Shown here: one piece after another, positions 8,841 through 17,938 of the stretch
Layout: every line of letters starts with the position of its first letter
Position numbering within the stretch: the stretch's first letter is position 1
NCBI GenBank assembly: GCA_041640595.1
Contig: JBEPZY010000001.1
Location: 32,001-96,000 of the forward strand
Reading direction: 5' to 3'
Length of the DNA stretch: 64,000 nucleotides
Source of the DNA: Gemmatales bacterium
GTDB lineage: Bacteria; Planctomycetota; Planctomycetia; Gemmatales; HRBIN36
Position numbers and translations under genes: made by a program
Notes under the pieces: model-generated
Databases searched by the model: none
What the model was told of the DNA's origin: nothing
The model's input: the letters and a program-made list of their open reading frames with translations, nothing else

Positions 8841-8869
8841 ATTGTAGAAGCCAACAGGGAAGCAGGCAA
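8841..8869 (-). promoter_or_regulatory. Sigma70-type promoter driving the SAM riboswitch leader
   Basis: Minus strand TTGCCT-17 nt-TACAAT, about 50 nt upstream of the aptamer. Confidence 0.7.
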
Positions 8870-8892
8870 GGTGTCCGGCGCGAAAATTGTTG

Positions 8893-9381
8893 TTAGGCCC
8901 ACCCGTTGAGCCTCAAAAACTCTTCCCGCCAGTGATAGTGCTCGAGCAAGCCGTCAGTGCGCCGACCGAGAATGCGGTAGGCGATATAGAGTGCCTCGAC
9001 CGTGGCCAGCCCTTGCTCCGGGTCGCGGAACAGTTTCGAGACCCGCGGATAGGCCGTGCGATAACCTCGCAGCGACCGCGTCGGCACGTGCTGAAAATCC
9101 CGAGCCATCCGCCGTGCCCACCGCCAGCTACCGTCCAGGATGAGCAGACCGCAGCACTGATCGGCATCGCTAAGCGGCTCGCCGTCCGGGTCGAGCAGAA
9201 TGTAGTTGTCCAGAGCCAGGGGCTGACGAAGCGGCCAGCGCAGGAAAATGAGGTCGGTCCGCCCTCGCAGCGGCCAGATGGTACATTTCTCCAGCCGCTC
9301 TTTCGGATGCCGCACAATTATCGTCGGCGGATAAGCGCACGCCTCGCCTATTGATATCGTCTCCGTGCGACCAGCAGGCAT
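8893..9381 (-). CDS. Tsr3/DUF367-like (TDD superfamily) putative RNA aminocarboxypropyltransferase
   Basis: HPKERLEKCT, LSDAD, LILDGSWRWA, RSL..YRTAYPR, LATVEALYIAYRILG and LLEHYHWREEFLRLN parallel the Tsr3/DTW motifs. Start uncertain (ATG 9381 or 9459). Confidence 0.7.
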   Translation of the reverse strand: MPAGRTETISIGEACAYPPTIIVRHPKERLEKCTIWPLRGRTDLIFLRWPLRQPLALDNYILLDPDGEPLSDADQCCGLLILDGSWRWARRMARDFQHVPTRSLRGYRTAYPRVSKLFRDPEQGLATVEALYIAYRILGRRTDGLLEHYHWREEFLRLNGWA

Positions 9382-9674
9382 GTTCCCTACCTTGTGGGCT
9401 GTCGCGCTGACACTTCGTTCTTGCCGGCAAGTTGCGATGGTTTGCACGTGGTGTCTCATTACCAGTGTAGGCTTGTCCCGAACGCCGGGCGATACGGTTA
9501 CGCAGTACAGAGTTGGAGTATTCTTGCTGCTCGGCAGCCCAGGCGGTCAATTTCTGCGGCGACGGTGTACCGCACTTGCCTTTTGAGGCTCAGCCGCATA
9601 GTAAGCAGAAAGCAGCGGGGTATTGTCTGTCCAGGTTGCCCAATCGTAACGGCTAACTGCAAAAGAGTAGAGCC

Positions 9675-10649
9675 ATGAGTACCGAGACCTGCGGAGCTTG
9701 TTCGGGAACCAAGCGCGAATGGCTGTGGCGAAAGCTGGGTGGCTGCGTGCGCTGTATGCGGCTCAGCTGGTGGGGAATGATAGCGACCTGGCTGGCCCTG
9801 GCAGGGGCGGTCGCGCTAGCCATGCCGCTGACGGTCACCATTTCAGTGGGAGTGGCGGCGTTGGCTTTGAGCCTGCTTTGGCTTATCCACTGGGGAGCGT
9901 TCGTCGGCAAGAATGTGGCGATGGTGTCGGAGATCGTGGAGGCGGGTGGAGAAGTGCTAACTCGGCGGGAGTTGCTGGCGCTGGCTCTGCAAGAAGCTAT
10001 CGCGGCCATTGTACTTGTTTGCACGACAGGCTCCCATTCCCAGGCTTAAGACACCGGGTGCGGGCGCATTGTTGTCGAGGTTGTGGGGCATGGCCAGGGG
10101 AGCAGTGAGAGCGAAGCTTGCCGGAATGCTCGGGCCGACTATGCGATGAGAGCTGCGGCCGAAAGGCTGAATTGTATGCAACGGTGCCGACAAAATGATG
10201 TCTTTTGTCGGGGCGGGGAATGTGGCTGCGTCAACGTTAGTATAGGTCAGCCCCGGTGCGAGATAGCGGTCCATAGCCTCGCACAGCAGCAGAAGCTCTT
10301 TATATGCGCCTGCAGAGGGAATGTCATATTTTGGTGCCGGTGTCTCGGCGCAAGTTGCGCTACGCTCGGCGACGTCCTGGTTATTGGGGCCGAGATGTGT
10401 GATGAAAACCAGCAACAAGCGGTTAACAAGGCGCGAGCGGCCCTGGAGAGGCAGGCCAATCTGTTGTGCGAACAATTGTGTGCAAGGCGTCGGTGCTTCG
10501 GTGGCCTGCGGTGCGTTTGCAGTAACGCACAGAGAACAGGAGATCCCAACTGCCAGGTACGACAGATCCCAGACCCGAACCGCTCAGGTCGCACGCTTTG
10601 GTGCGCCCGATGCGCAGCCGTGTACAGATTACACTGCAAGTGTGTATAG
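9675..10649 (+). pseudogene. DUF3624-like membrane domain + Tat-like motif + duplicated 12-Cys domain, interrupted by one in-frame TAA (10047-10049)
   Basis: ORFs 9675..10049 and 10083..10649 share a frame with only that stop between them. N-terminus CGAC..WLWRKLGGCVRCM; LTRRELL...SQA precedes the stop; 24 Cys follow it. Confidence 0.6.
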
Positions 10650-10832
10650 CGAGGACCGAGCTAAGCCCTTTTCGGGTCAGCTTTGCTCCCGGAGGGCGAA
10701 ACTATCTGAAGCACGGCTCCATTCGCGGAAGAGTTGTCGGCCTTGCCTCCTGGCCGGTGGTCAGCGGCAATCTGACTGGCCTCGAGCTTGCGCGAGCATC
10801 GGGCATAGACGAGCAGTCCGTGTCGGGAATCG

Positions 10833-12497
10833 CTATTCCGGCCGAATGTCCAGGACCCAGTCCTGGTCGTCGGGTGCAACGAAACGGGCTTCCTTGTCGT
10901 GGAGTTCTGCGTTGGCCGGTCGTTTTCTGCCGGTGCGTGGGTCAAACCATTGTGACGACAGCTTGGCTGGCAAAAACTCGCGCCGAAGCCGAATCGTTCC
11001 CCCTTGCGGTAAATAAGCAACCAGCCAGGTGCGTTTTGGCGTGGCCGAAACCGCTACGAAACGCTCCGGAGCTTTTTCTCCCGGTTGTTCGACCAGAGCC
11101 TGGTTAGCGGGTCGCAATTCCGTCCACGGCCCGCTGAGGAAAAACGCTTTCAGAATGCCCATAGCCTGGGCTCCCGGGGCTTCCAGCCCAGCTGTCCAGG
11201 GTCCAGCCTGACCGAGTCGTTCATGCCCTTCCACCGGGCCAGGCTGGTCTAACCAGGGCCAGATATGGTGGTGCCCGTAGGTAACTCCCGCTGGCGGAGC
11301 AATAAGAAGCGACCAGTAGGCTGCCCGCCGCACGTGGTACGGCTGGAAGAGCTGACGGCTATGATAAGCCGGATGCGCTTCATAATTCGGCTCCAGATTG
11401 ATGATGGGTTTGGGTGGTTGGCGAAGCCATTGCTTAGCGGGTGGGCCTTCAATTAGCCAGCGCAAATGGGCTTCGTTGTCGCCGTGTCCCGACTGGTAAC
11501 CGAGAAAGTCTATCCATGCCTCATTGCCGAATCGGTCCCAAATCCAGTTTTGCCCTGAAGGATGCAAACTGACCAGGCGGTCGCGTGGTTGAACGGTGAA
11601 AAGTTGTCGGCCCAATCGCTGCCAGCGCTGCGTATTGCGGTAGTGTCCATCGCCACCGAGCAGCCAGACCACCTGGTATGCTCCCCACCGAGCGATGAGG
11701 TATTCGCAGAGCCGCTGCGCTTCGTTTTCTGACAGTGCTTCGCCTGGGTCCGTTGGCGTCAGAGCCCAGAGCAGAACCGGCACGGCTACCAAATGGTGGG
11801 CGTTGCACTGGGCGAGTTTGGCATCCATTCGGGCCAGCACCTGCGGATATACCCGCAACTTTGCTTCGCGCCCGAACACGTGTTCTTTTAGCGTCTTGTT
11901 TCCGCCTCGCCACTGGGTAGAGACGAATTGCACCGCAGTAAATCCTTGTTTTTGCCGTGTCGCCAGATAGCGTTGCCAATCTGCTGGCTGCGACTTGAGC
12001 ACACCGTTCCAGGCAGTGTCCGCCAACCAGAAAAAAGGCGTGCCGTCGGCATGTTCGAGATATGTGCCACTCGCCGCTACTCGCAAAGCGCCGTGCCGGT
12101 AAAGCGGATTGTCGCCGGTGTACTCGCGCACGCGAAACTCGCCTTGCTGACGATGTAGCCCGATGTCTTCCGGTTTCGCCTGCGTGGACCATTGCCAGGT
12201 GCCGATTTCGTCCGGGCTGAACCGAACCCGCCAGACACGCCCACCGTCCCAAAATGCCTCGCGAACGTGCTTCTTGCCGGACGGTGCCACGAAAGTAACT
12301 TCGACGCGAACATCCCAGATCGGCTCGGCATAATCGCGCGTGGCAGTCAAGCTGGTTTCAAACACGCCCCAGCGATGCACTTCGGCAGTTGCGACTGCTT
12401 TCGGCTTTGCGCTATCGTCCCCGGCAAGTTGCAGTGCTACCACTGCGAGCACGCCAAACGTGCATACGCCCAGCCAGCACGACCGGATTCGATTCAT
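10833..12497 (-). CDS. Secreted DUF5060/DUF4038 apiosidase-like glycoside hydrolase (GH140-like)
   Basis: Signal peptide; AFWDGG..WRVRFSP, DGTPFFWLADTAW, WLLGGD, YQSGH, PIINLEPNYE and RRAAYWS; C-terminal WFDPRTG..DWVL domain. Confidence 0.85.
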   Translation of the reverse strand: MNRIRSCWLGVCTFGVLAVVALQLAGDDSAKPKAVATAEVHRWGVFETSLTATRDYAEPIWDVRVEVTFVAPSGKKHVREAFWDGGRVWRVRFSPDEIGTWQWSTQAKPEDIGLHRQQGEFRVREYTGDNPLYRHGALRVAASGTYLEHADGTPFFWLADTAWNGVLKSQPADWQRYLATRQKQGFTAVQFVSTQWRGGNKTLKEHVFGREAKLRVYPQVLARMDAKLAQCNAHHLVAVPVLLWALTPTDPGEALSENEAQRLCEYLIARWGAYQVVWLLGGDGHYRNTQRWQRLGRQLFTVQPRDRLVSLHPSGQNWIWDRFGNEAWIDFLGYQSGHGDNEAHLRWLIEGPPAKQWLRQPPKPIINLEPNYEAHPAYHSRQLFQPYHVRRAAYWSLLIAPPAGVTYGHHHIWPWLDQPGPVEGHERLGQAGPWTAGLEAPGAQAMGILKAFFLSGPWTELRPANQALVEQPGEKAPERFVAVSATPKRTWLVAYLPQGGTIRLRREFLPAKLSSQWFDPRTGRKRPANAELHDKEARFVAPDDQDWVLDIRPE

Positions 12498-12621
12498 GCG
12501 TTTCTCCTGGGTTGGCGTTCGGTCAAAGAGTTTCAGCGATTATTTTCGTATGTTGGCGGAACTTAGCCAACCAAAGTCCCGTGTTTTGCCCCAGGTTTGG
12601 CCTGACCCGCTGCGAGTATCA

Positions 12622-12750
12622 AGAGCGGCGGGCGTCAGCCCGCCGTGGTGGGCGAGACACGCTTGCCGGGGAAATGCGAACCACAGCGCCAAACGATCTC
12701 CGTCCAGAGCAGGAGGCGTCAGCCCGCCGTGGTGGGCGAAACACGCTTGC
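12622..12750. repeat. Two REP-like 45-nt direct repeats, period 84 nt
   Basis: 12622-12666 and 12706-12750 match at 41/45 positions. The first copy has a perfect hairpin cggcgggc-gtca-gcccgccg. Confidence 0.85.
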
Positions 12751-12790
12751 AGGGCCGTGCTGCCGCAATTTCGTTGCGTGGTGCGAGCCG

Positions 12791-13567
12791 TCAGCTGGAT
12801 CGCGACCGAGATTCTGACCCAGCCGGTTGTCGGAGTTGCGCAGCGTTGGGCAGGTCCTCGATGCGATTCAGACCGAGGAGCTGCAGGAATTTCCTGGTGG
12901 TACCGTAAAGCACCGGCCGACCGAGCGAATTGTGCCGACCGACTATACGCACCAGTCCGCGGTCCATGAGCAGGCGCAGCATGTCGGCACATTGCACGCC
13001 ACGGATAGCCTCGATTTCCGCCCGCGTGATCGGCTGGCGGTAGGCGATAATGGCCAGAGTCTCCTTGGCCGCAGCCGATAATCGCAAGTCGCCCGTACCG
13101 GGACGCAATCGCACCAGCCAGGGTTGAAATCGCGGCAACGTGGTCAACTGGTATCCGCCAGCAATAGCCTGCACCTGAAACGACGACCCTTCCGCTTCCA
13201 ACAAACTTTGCAATCGCCGCACCAGTCGCCGAGCTTCGCCAGCATCGCGCAAGCCGACAACCTCGGCAATGCGTTTCGGGGTGATCGGTTCTTCTGCCAG
13301 GAATAAGACGGCTTCCACCAGCGCCAACGCCCCATCGCGTGCCAGCGGCCCGGCGGCTTGTGTCGCAGCTAGGGGCAACCGTAACCAGGCCCGGTTAACT
13401 TGCCGGCGACCCTGCTCAAGCTCCGATAAGTGCCGCATCGGACGATACGGCAAAAAGGGAACCAGTCGGTGTAGCGATGGTCTGTCTCTCTCCACGTCCG
13501 TTTTGCGAAGGTAGCTCACCGCGGTGTCCCAGAAAAACACAAAAGCCCTGCGCTGGTCGTTGCGCAA
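12791..13567 (-). CDS. scpB: SMC-Scp complex subunit ScpB
   Basis: VEAVLFLA, AGGYQL, LSAAAKETLAIIAYRQPITRAEIEAIRGV and LGRPVLYGTT. The true start is probably downstream (ATG 13438). Confidence 0.92.
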   Translation of the reverse strand: MRNDQRRAFVFFWDTAVSYLRKTDVERDRPSLHRLVPFLPYRPMRHLSELEQGRRQVNRAWLRLPLAATQAAGPLARDGALALVEAVLFLAEEPITPKRIAEVVGLRDAGEARRLVRRLQSLLEAEGSSFQVQAIAGGYQLTTLPRFQPWLVRLRPGTGDLRLSAAAKETLAIIAYRQPITRAEIEAIRGVQCADMLRLLMDRGLVRIVGRHNSLGRPVLYGTTRKFLQLLGLNRIEDLPNAAQLRQPAGSESRSRSS

Positions 13568-13613
13568 GGCTCATGGAGCTCGGATTAGCCCCAGAGAGCA
13601 GCCGTCGTGATAA

Positions 13614-13961
13614 CTACATGCTGAAGCTGCTGCCGCAGCCGCAAGTCGTGCGGGCGTTGGGATTCTGCACACTGAAACCGCGACGGTTGAGCTCGTTGAT
13701 GAAATCAATCGTCGCCCCGTCCACGTAGAGCAGGCTCTTGCGGTCAACCACGATCCGCACGCCGTGCTGCTCCATCAGTTCGTCGGTCTTCTCGTTGTAG
13801 CAGGTGTCGAGGTCGAGCTTGTGCTGAAAGCCACTGCAGCCGCCACCTTTCACCGACAGCCGCAGATACACCGGCTCGTCATTGAGAGCGCCGGCCTGAC
13901 GCTGTTCCTCGACAATTCGCTTAATCTCTTCCGCCGCACGCGGGGTCAGGGTAATGGGCAT
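13614..13961 (-). CDS. HesB/IscA family A-type Fe-S cluster carrier
   Basis: GGGCSGF, DGATIDF and NPNARTTCGCGSSF. ATG 13961 follows GAGGAG. Confidence 0.95.
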   Translation of the reverse strand: MPITLTPRAAEEIKRIVEEQRQAGALNDEPVYLRLSVKGGGCSGFQHKLDLDTCYNEKTDELMEQHGVRIVVDRKSLLYVDGATIDFINELNRRGFSVQNPNARTTCGCGSSFSM

Positions 13962-14098
13962 ATCGTCTCTCCTCGCTCGAAGGATGGCTGGCTCCATCAG
14001 AGGTAATATTGATTCCACCTCGCGGTGTACGTTTCGCCTTATTGGCGATGTATTATACGTTCTGATGCGCTGCCGGTCTATGGCAGAGGATGTTTGCC

Positions 14099-15451
14099 TC
14101 ACTTGGGAGTGTTGCGGTACCAGCGACCGGAACGCAGGGGGGAACCGTATCGGCTGGGTGGGGCCGTCGGCGAAGCTGGTGCGGCGTCCGGCGTGGTTAT
14201 CGTTTCCGGGTCGGGCAGCCGATCCGGTTTCGTGGGCGCGGATTGTGGCGGAGTCTTCGGTTCGGACGCCGATTCGGATGCAGATGCCTCGGCTGGTGGC
14301 AATTCCCCCGTTCCGGGTCGCACGCCGCATATCACGCCGTAGGCTTTCATACGTTCTCCGAGCCATTCGATCGCGATCGGCAGAATGCGCTGAGCGGTGG
14401 CATCGCTGTGCGTTCCCAGTCGGTCCACGTGTACCCGCGGACGAAGTCCCCGAGAGCGGGCGTAGTAGATGAAACTCTCCGCCTGGGCATGGAAGTTGAA
14501 CTCATCCTTGCCGCCGTAACCGACGAACATCTCCAGCTGTCCTGGTTGCAAACGGTAACGGTCAATGAGTTCGATTGGGTTTTCCATGCCGGCACAGACG
14601 ATGGCATAGCAATCGTTGCCGAAAACAGGATGGTAAATCTCCTCGACGCGGATTTTGATCAGACCGTGGGCAAAACAGCCGAGCACCTCTTTTCCGTCCA
14701 GCAGGCTATTGCGCCAGCCCCAGTTGAACGGGTCGAAGCAGGCCTGTGCGTCACCCTGTTCGTTCATCCAGCGGATGTTGAGCGGTGCCAGGATACCGGC
14801 AACGAAACGGAACTGGTGCCGGTGTTTGATCGCGGTGTTGAACGCCCCGAAGCCGCCCAGGGAAACGCCGATAAGGGCATGGTACTCGGCATCGGGCATA
14901 ATCGGGAATCGGCTGGCGACAAAGCCGAGGGCGTCTTGCAGCACCCAATCCTGAAAATCGCCGGCGCGGCCATTGATGAAGAAACTGTGGGGGCACACAC
15001 GACCGCCGCATTCGTCGGTTCGGCCATCGGGAACCACGATGATACACGGCGGTAGTTTCCCACGCAGAATCGCCTGGTCGAAATAGTGCGCCACTCCGAG
15101 GAACTCCTGCTCATCGTTCCACAACCCGTGCAGGTACACAATGACCGGATAGACACTGGCTTTGCTGTAGTTGGGCGGCAGGTACACGTAGAGGTCACGG
15201 CGACTGCCCAGAGCGTAGGACCAGATGCGGCGATCCTGGCCGTGATTGCGGGTGAAGTCGAGAATACGCCCACGCAATTGGTGATTGGCCGACTGCAAAC
15301 TGTCCGGCAGCGGATCGAGCGACCGGTAATAGCGGTCCGCTTCCGCCGGTTTCGTCCAGGAAACAACCATTACTCCCGCCATCAGCACCAGACACCATCC
15401 TGGCATCCGCACGGCATGTTCCTCCCCTAAGCGAAGTTTCCCGCCGATCAC
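14099..15451 (-). CDS. Secreted alpha/beta-hydrolase, putative esterase family, with P/A/T-rich tail
   Basis: VYLPPNY, YPVIVYLHG, IIVVPDG, nucleophile GVSLGG and a hydrophobic N-terminal signal. Confidence 0.8.
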   Translation of the reverse strand: MIGGKLRLGEEHAVRMPGWCLVLMAGVMVVSWTKPAEADRYYRSLDPLPDSLQSANHQLRGRILDFTRNHGQDRRIWSYALGSRRDLYVYLPPNYSKASVYPVIVYLHGLWNDEQEFLGVAHYFDQAILRGKLPPCIIVVPDGRTDECGGRVCPHSFFINGRAGDFQDWVLQDALGFVASRFPIMPDAEYHALIGVSLGGFGAFNTAIKHRHQFRFVAGILAPLNIRWMNEQGDAQACFDPFNWGWRNSLLDGKEVLGCFAHGLIKIRVEEIYHPVFGNDCYAIVCAGMENPIELIDRYRLQPGQLEMFVGYGGKDEFNFHAQAESFIYYARSRGLRPRVHVDRLGTHSDATAQRILPIAIEWLGERMKAYGVICGVRPGTGELPPAEASASESASEPKTPPQSAPTKPDRLPDPETITTPDAAPASPTAPPSRYGSPLRSGRWYRNTPK

Positions 15452-15651
15452 TCGGCAAAATCGCTATCCCCGATGCAACCAATTTCGCCAACCGTCTCCG
15501 CACAACATGCCGTTGCGATAAGCTGTAACGCTTATTCCGAAAATACCCGAAACCATGACGGCAATAGTCCCAATCGCTACAACACCAGCAAATACCGCCG
15601 ACCTCACACTAACGGTCAACCTATTGTGCATCGGATTCGGGAGACTCTCAC

Positions 15652-17088
15652 ATGCGCTTGCAACTTGCACTCCGGATCGTCTCAGCTTTGGCGGTGCTGG
15701 TATCGGCAACGGTCAGCACCGGTTGGGGGCAGACCGGCAACGGAACCCAGCGGCCGCCGAATGTTATTCTGATCCTGGCCGACGATCTCGGTTACGGCGA
15801 TCTGGGTTGCTACGGGCAGAAGGAAATTCAGACGCCGTGTCTGGATCGCCTGGCGGCGGATGGCATGCGGTTTACGCAGTTTTATGCCGGTTCGACGGTG
15901 TGTGCCCCGTCGCGTTGCGTGCTGATGACCGGACTGCACACCGGGCACTGTTATATACGCGGCAACGCTCGGTATGCTCTGCGACCCCAGGATCGCACCG
16001 TTGCCGAGTACCTCAAGCAGGCTGGATATGCTACCGCCCATATCGGCAAATGGGGACTGGGATTGGAAGGTACAACCGGTGCTCCCACGCGCAAGGGATT
16101 CGACTACTTTTTCGGTTACCTCGACCAGGTGCATGCCCACAACTATTATCCGAGTTACCTGTTCCGCAATGAAACACGATTCCCGCTGAATAACGTTGTG
16201 CCGAAAGAGGGGAAATTCGGTCAGGGCGTGGCGAGCGTTCGCCGACAATACAGCCACGACCTGTTGACGGAAGAGGCCCTGCGCTTCATTCGTGAGAACC
16301 GCACCCGACCATTTTTCCTGTATCTTGGTTACACCATCCCCCACGCCAATAATGAAGCCGGCAAAAACGGCATGGAGGTGCCGGACTTCGGTATCTACAA
16401 GGACAAACCCTGGCCCGACGTGGAAAAAGGTTTCGCCGCCATGATCACCCGCATGGATCGGGATGTGGGTCGGATTCGCGAAACTCTGCGGGAACTCGGA
16501 CTGGAACGCGATACGCTCATCCTGTTCTCTTCCGACAATGGGCCGCATGCCGAGGGTGGGCATGACTCGAAGTTCTTCCAGTCCAGCGGTGGTTTGCGTG
16601 GCATCAAACGCGACCTGTATGAAGGAGGCATCCGTGTGCCGTTCATTGCCTGCTGGCCCGGCACCATTCCCGCTGGCAAGGTCAACGATCATATCGGCTG
16701 GTTTGCCGACGTGCTGCCTACGCTGGCCGAACTGGCCGGGGTCAAAGTTTCGGACAAACTCGATGGGATCAGTCTGGTGCCCACCTTGCTTGGCCGACAC
16801 CACGAACAACCTCAGCACCAATACCTGTACTGGGAGTTTTACGAACTCGGCGGAGCGCAAGCCGTGCGCTACGGCAATTGGAAAGCTGTCTGCAAGCCTT
16901 TCGGCGGGAAGCTCGAACTCTACGACTTGAAAAACGACCCCACAGAATCACGCGATCTGGCCGAGCAACACCCGCAACTGGTGGCACAGTTACGCCAATT
17001 CATGCAGCAGGCCCACACTCCATCCGAACTCTGGCCGATTCCTAAACCGCAGCCCGCGGAGAAAAGCCGCCAACCCGCCCAACCCTGA
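15652..17088 (+). CDS. Formylglycine-dependent (S1) arylsulfatase, secreted
   Basis: PNVILILADDLGYGD, CAPSRCVLMTG (CxPxR), GKWGLG, SSDNG and LYEGGIRVP. Confidence 0.95.
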   Translation: MRLQLALRIVSALAVLVSATVSTGWGQTGNGTQRPPNVILILADDLGYGDLGCYGQKEIQTPCLDRLAADGMRFTQFYAGSTVCAPSRCVLMTGLHTGHCYIRGNARYALRPQDRTVAEYLKQAGYATAHIGKWGLGLEGTTGAPTRKGFDYFFGYLDQVHAHNYYPSYLFRNETRFPLNNVVPKEGKFGQGVASVRRQYSHDLLTEEALRFIRENRTRPFFLYLGYTIPHANNEAGKNGMEVPDFGIYKDKPWPDVEKGFAAMITRMDRDVGRIRETLRELGLERDTLILFSSDNGPHAEGGHDSKFFQSSGGLRGIKRDLYEGGIRVPFIACWPGTIPAGKVNDHIGWFADVLPTLAELAGVKVSDKLDGISLVPTLLGRHHEQPQHQYLYWEFYELGGAQAVRYGNWKAVCKPFGGKLELYDLKNDPTESRDLAEQHPQLVAQLRQFMQQAHTPSELWPIPKPQPAEKSRQPAQP

Positions 17089-17213
17089 GCGCAATGCGCG
17101 GGCCTTTCGCATCAGGCATCCGCGAATCACTGGTCCGCAACTTGCAGGCTAACGGAGGCCGATCGGACAACAGCATCGCGGCAGCAACATAGCGTGTAAA
17201 TGCCAGGCGAAGC

Positions 17214-17870
17214 ATGACTCCCGAACTCGCCGCTTTTCTCGCTAATCTGATACTGATTCTGCACGCGCTGCTGGCGACCTTCGTTGTGGGCGGCTGGCTG
17301 GTGACCGTGGTCGGCGGATTGTGCCGCTGGCAGTGGGTGCGGAGTTTCTGGTTTCGCGTAATTCACCTGCTGGTCGTCGGCGTGATCGTTCTGGAATCGG
17401 TCTTTGGTATGGTATGCCCGCTCACCAGATGGGAGGAACAGTTGCGTAGCCTGGCGGGGCAAGAGGGGACGGACGAGCTGGAACAGCTCGGTTTTCTGCT
17501 GTACTACCTGCGACGGATTTTGTTCCTGCCGGATCACTGGGAGTGGAGCCAGACGGTATTGATGTGGGTGTATATCGCGTTCGGCGTGGGTGTGCTGGCC
17601 ACCTGGATTTTCTTCCCGCCTCGCTGGTCCCGGCAGCGATTCGGTGTGGGAAAGCCTCCTTCGGATGCGCTGAATGCGGGGAAGGCTGCTTCGGATATGC
17701 CAAACCCCGAAAAGCCTGGCTCCAATGCGTTGAATGGCGGAAAGCCTGCATCGGATGAGCGGAACGCGGGAAGGTCTGTGTCTGATACGCCGAATGCTGG
17801 AAAGCCTGGTTCGGATGCGCTCACGAACACCGCCGCACCCAGCCATCATCCGCTTCCGAGCCAAACCTGA
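17214..17870 (+). CDS. DUF2784 family membrane protein with C-terminal 10-aa tandem repeats
   Basis: ILHALL..FVVGG, WFRVIHL and CPLTRWEEQLR; several TM helices. Confidence 0.8.
   Translation: MTPELAAFLANLILILHALLATFVVGGWLVTVVGGLCRWQWVRSFWFRVIHLLVVGVIVLESVFGMVCPLTRWEEQLRSLAGQEGTDELEQLGFLLYYLRRILFLPDHWEWSQTVLMWVYIAFGVGVLATWIFFPPRWSRQRFGVGKPPSDALNAGKAASDMPNPEKPGSNALNGGKPASDERNAGRSVSDTPNAGKPGSDALTNTAAPSHHPLPSQT
17649..17828 (+). repeat. Six degenerate 30-nt coding tandem repeats (GKPxSDxxNA)
   Basis: GKPPSDALNA GKAASDMPNP EKPGSNALNG GKPASDERNA GRSVSDTPNA GKPGSDALTN. Confidence 0.9.
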
Positions 17871-17938
17871 TCGCTCGCGGCAGGGCTTATACACCGCTCG
17901 GACAAGGCGGTTCGACTATGAGCACAAAAAGCGCGATG

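Noticed and set aside
13961..14366. 134-aa N-terminal extension of the IscA/HesB ORF
   Set aside because: It overlaps the esterase gene, and a strong RBS before ATG 13961 gives a normal-length protein.
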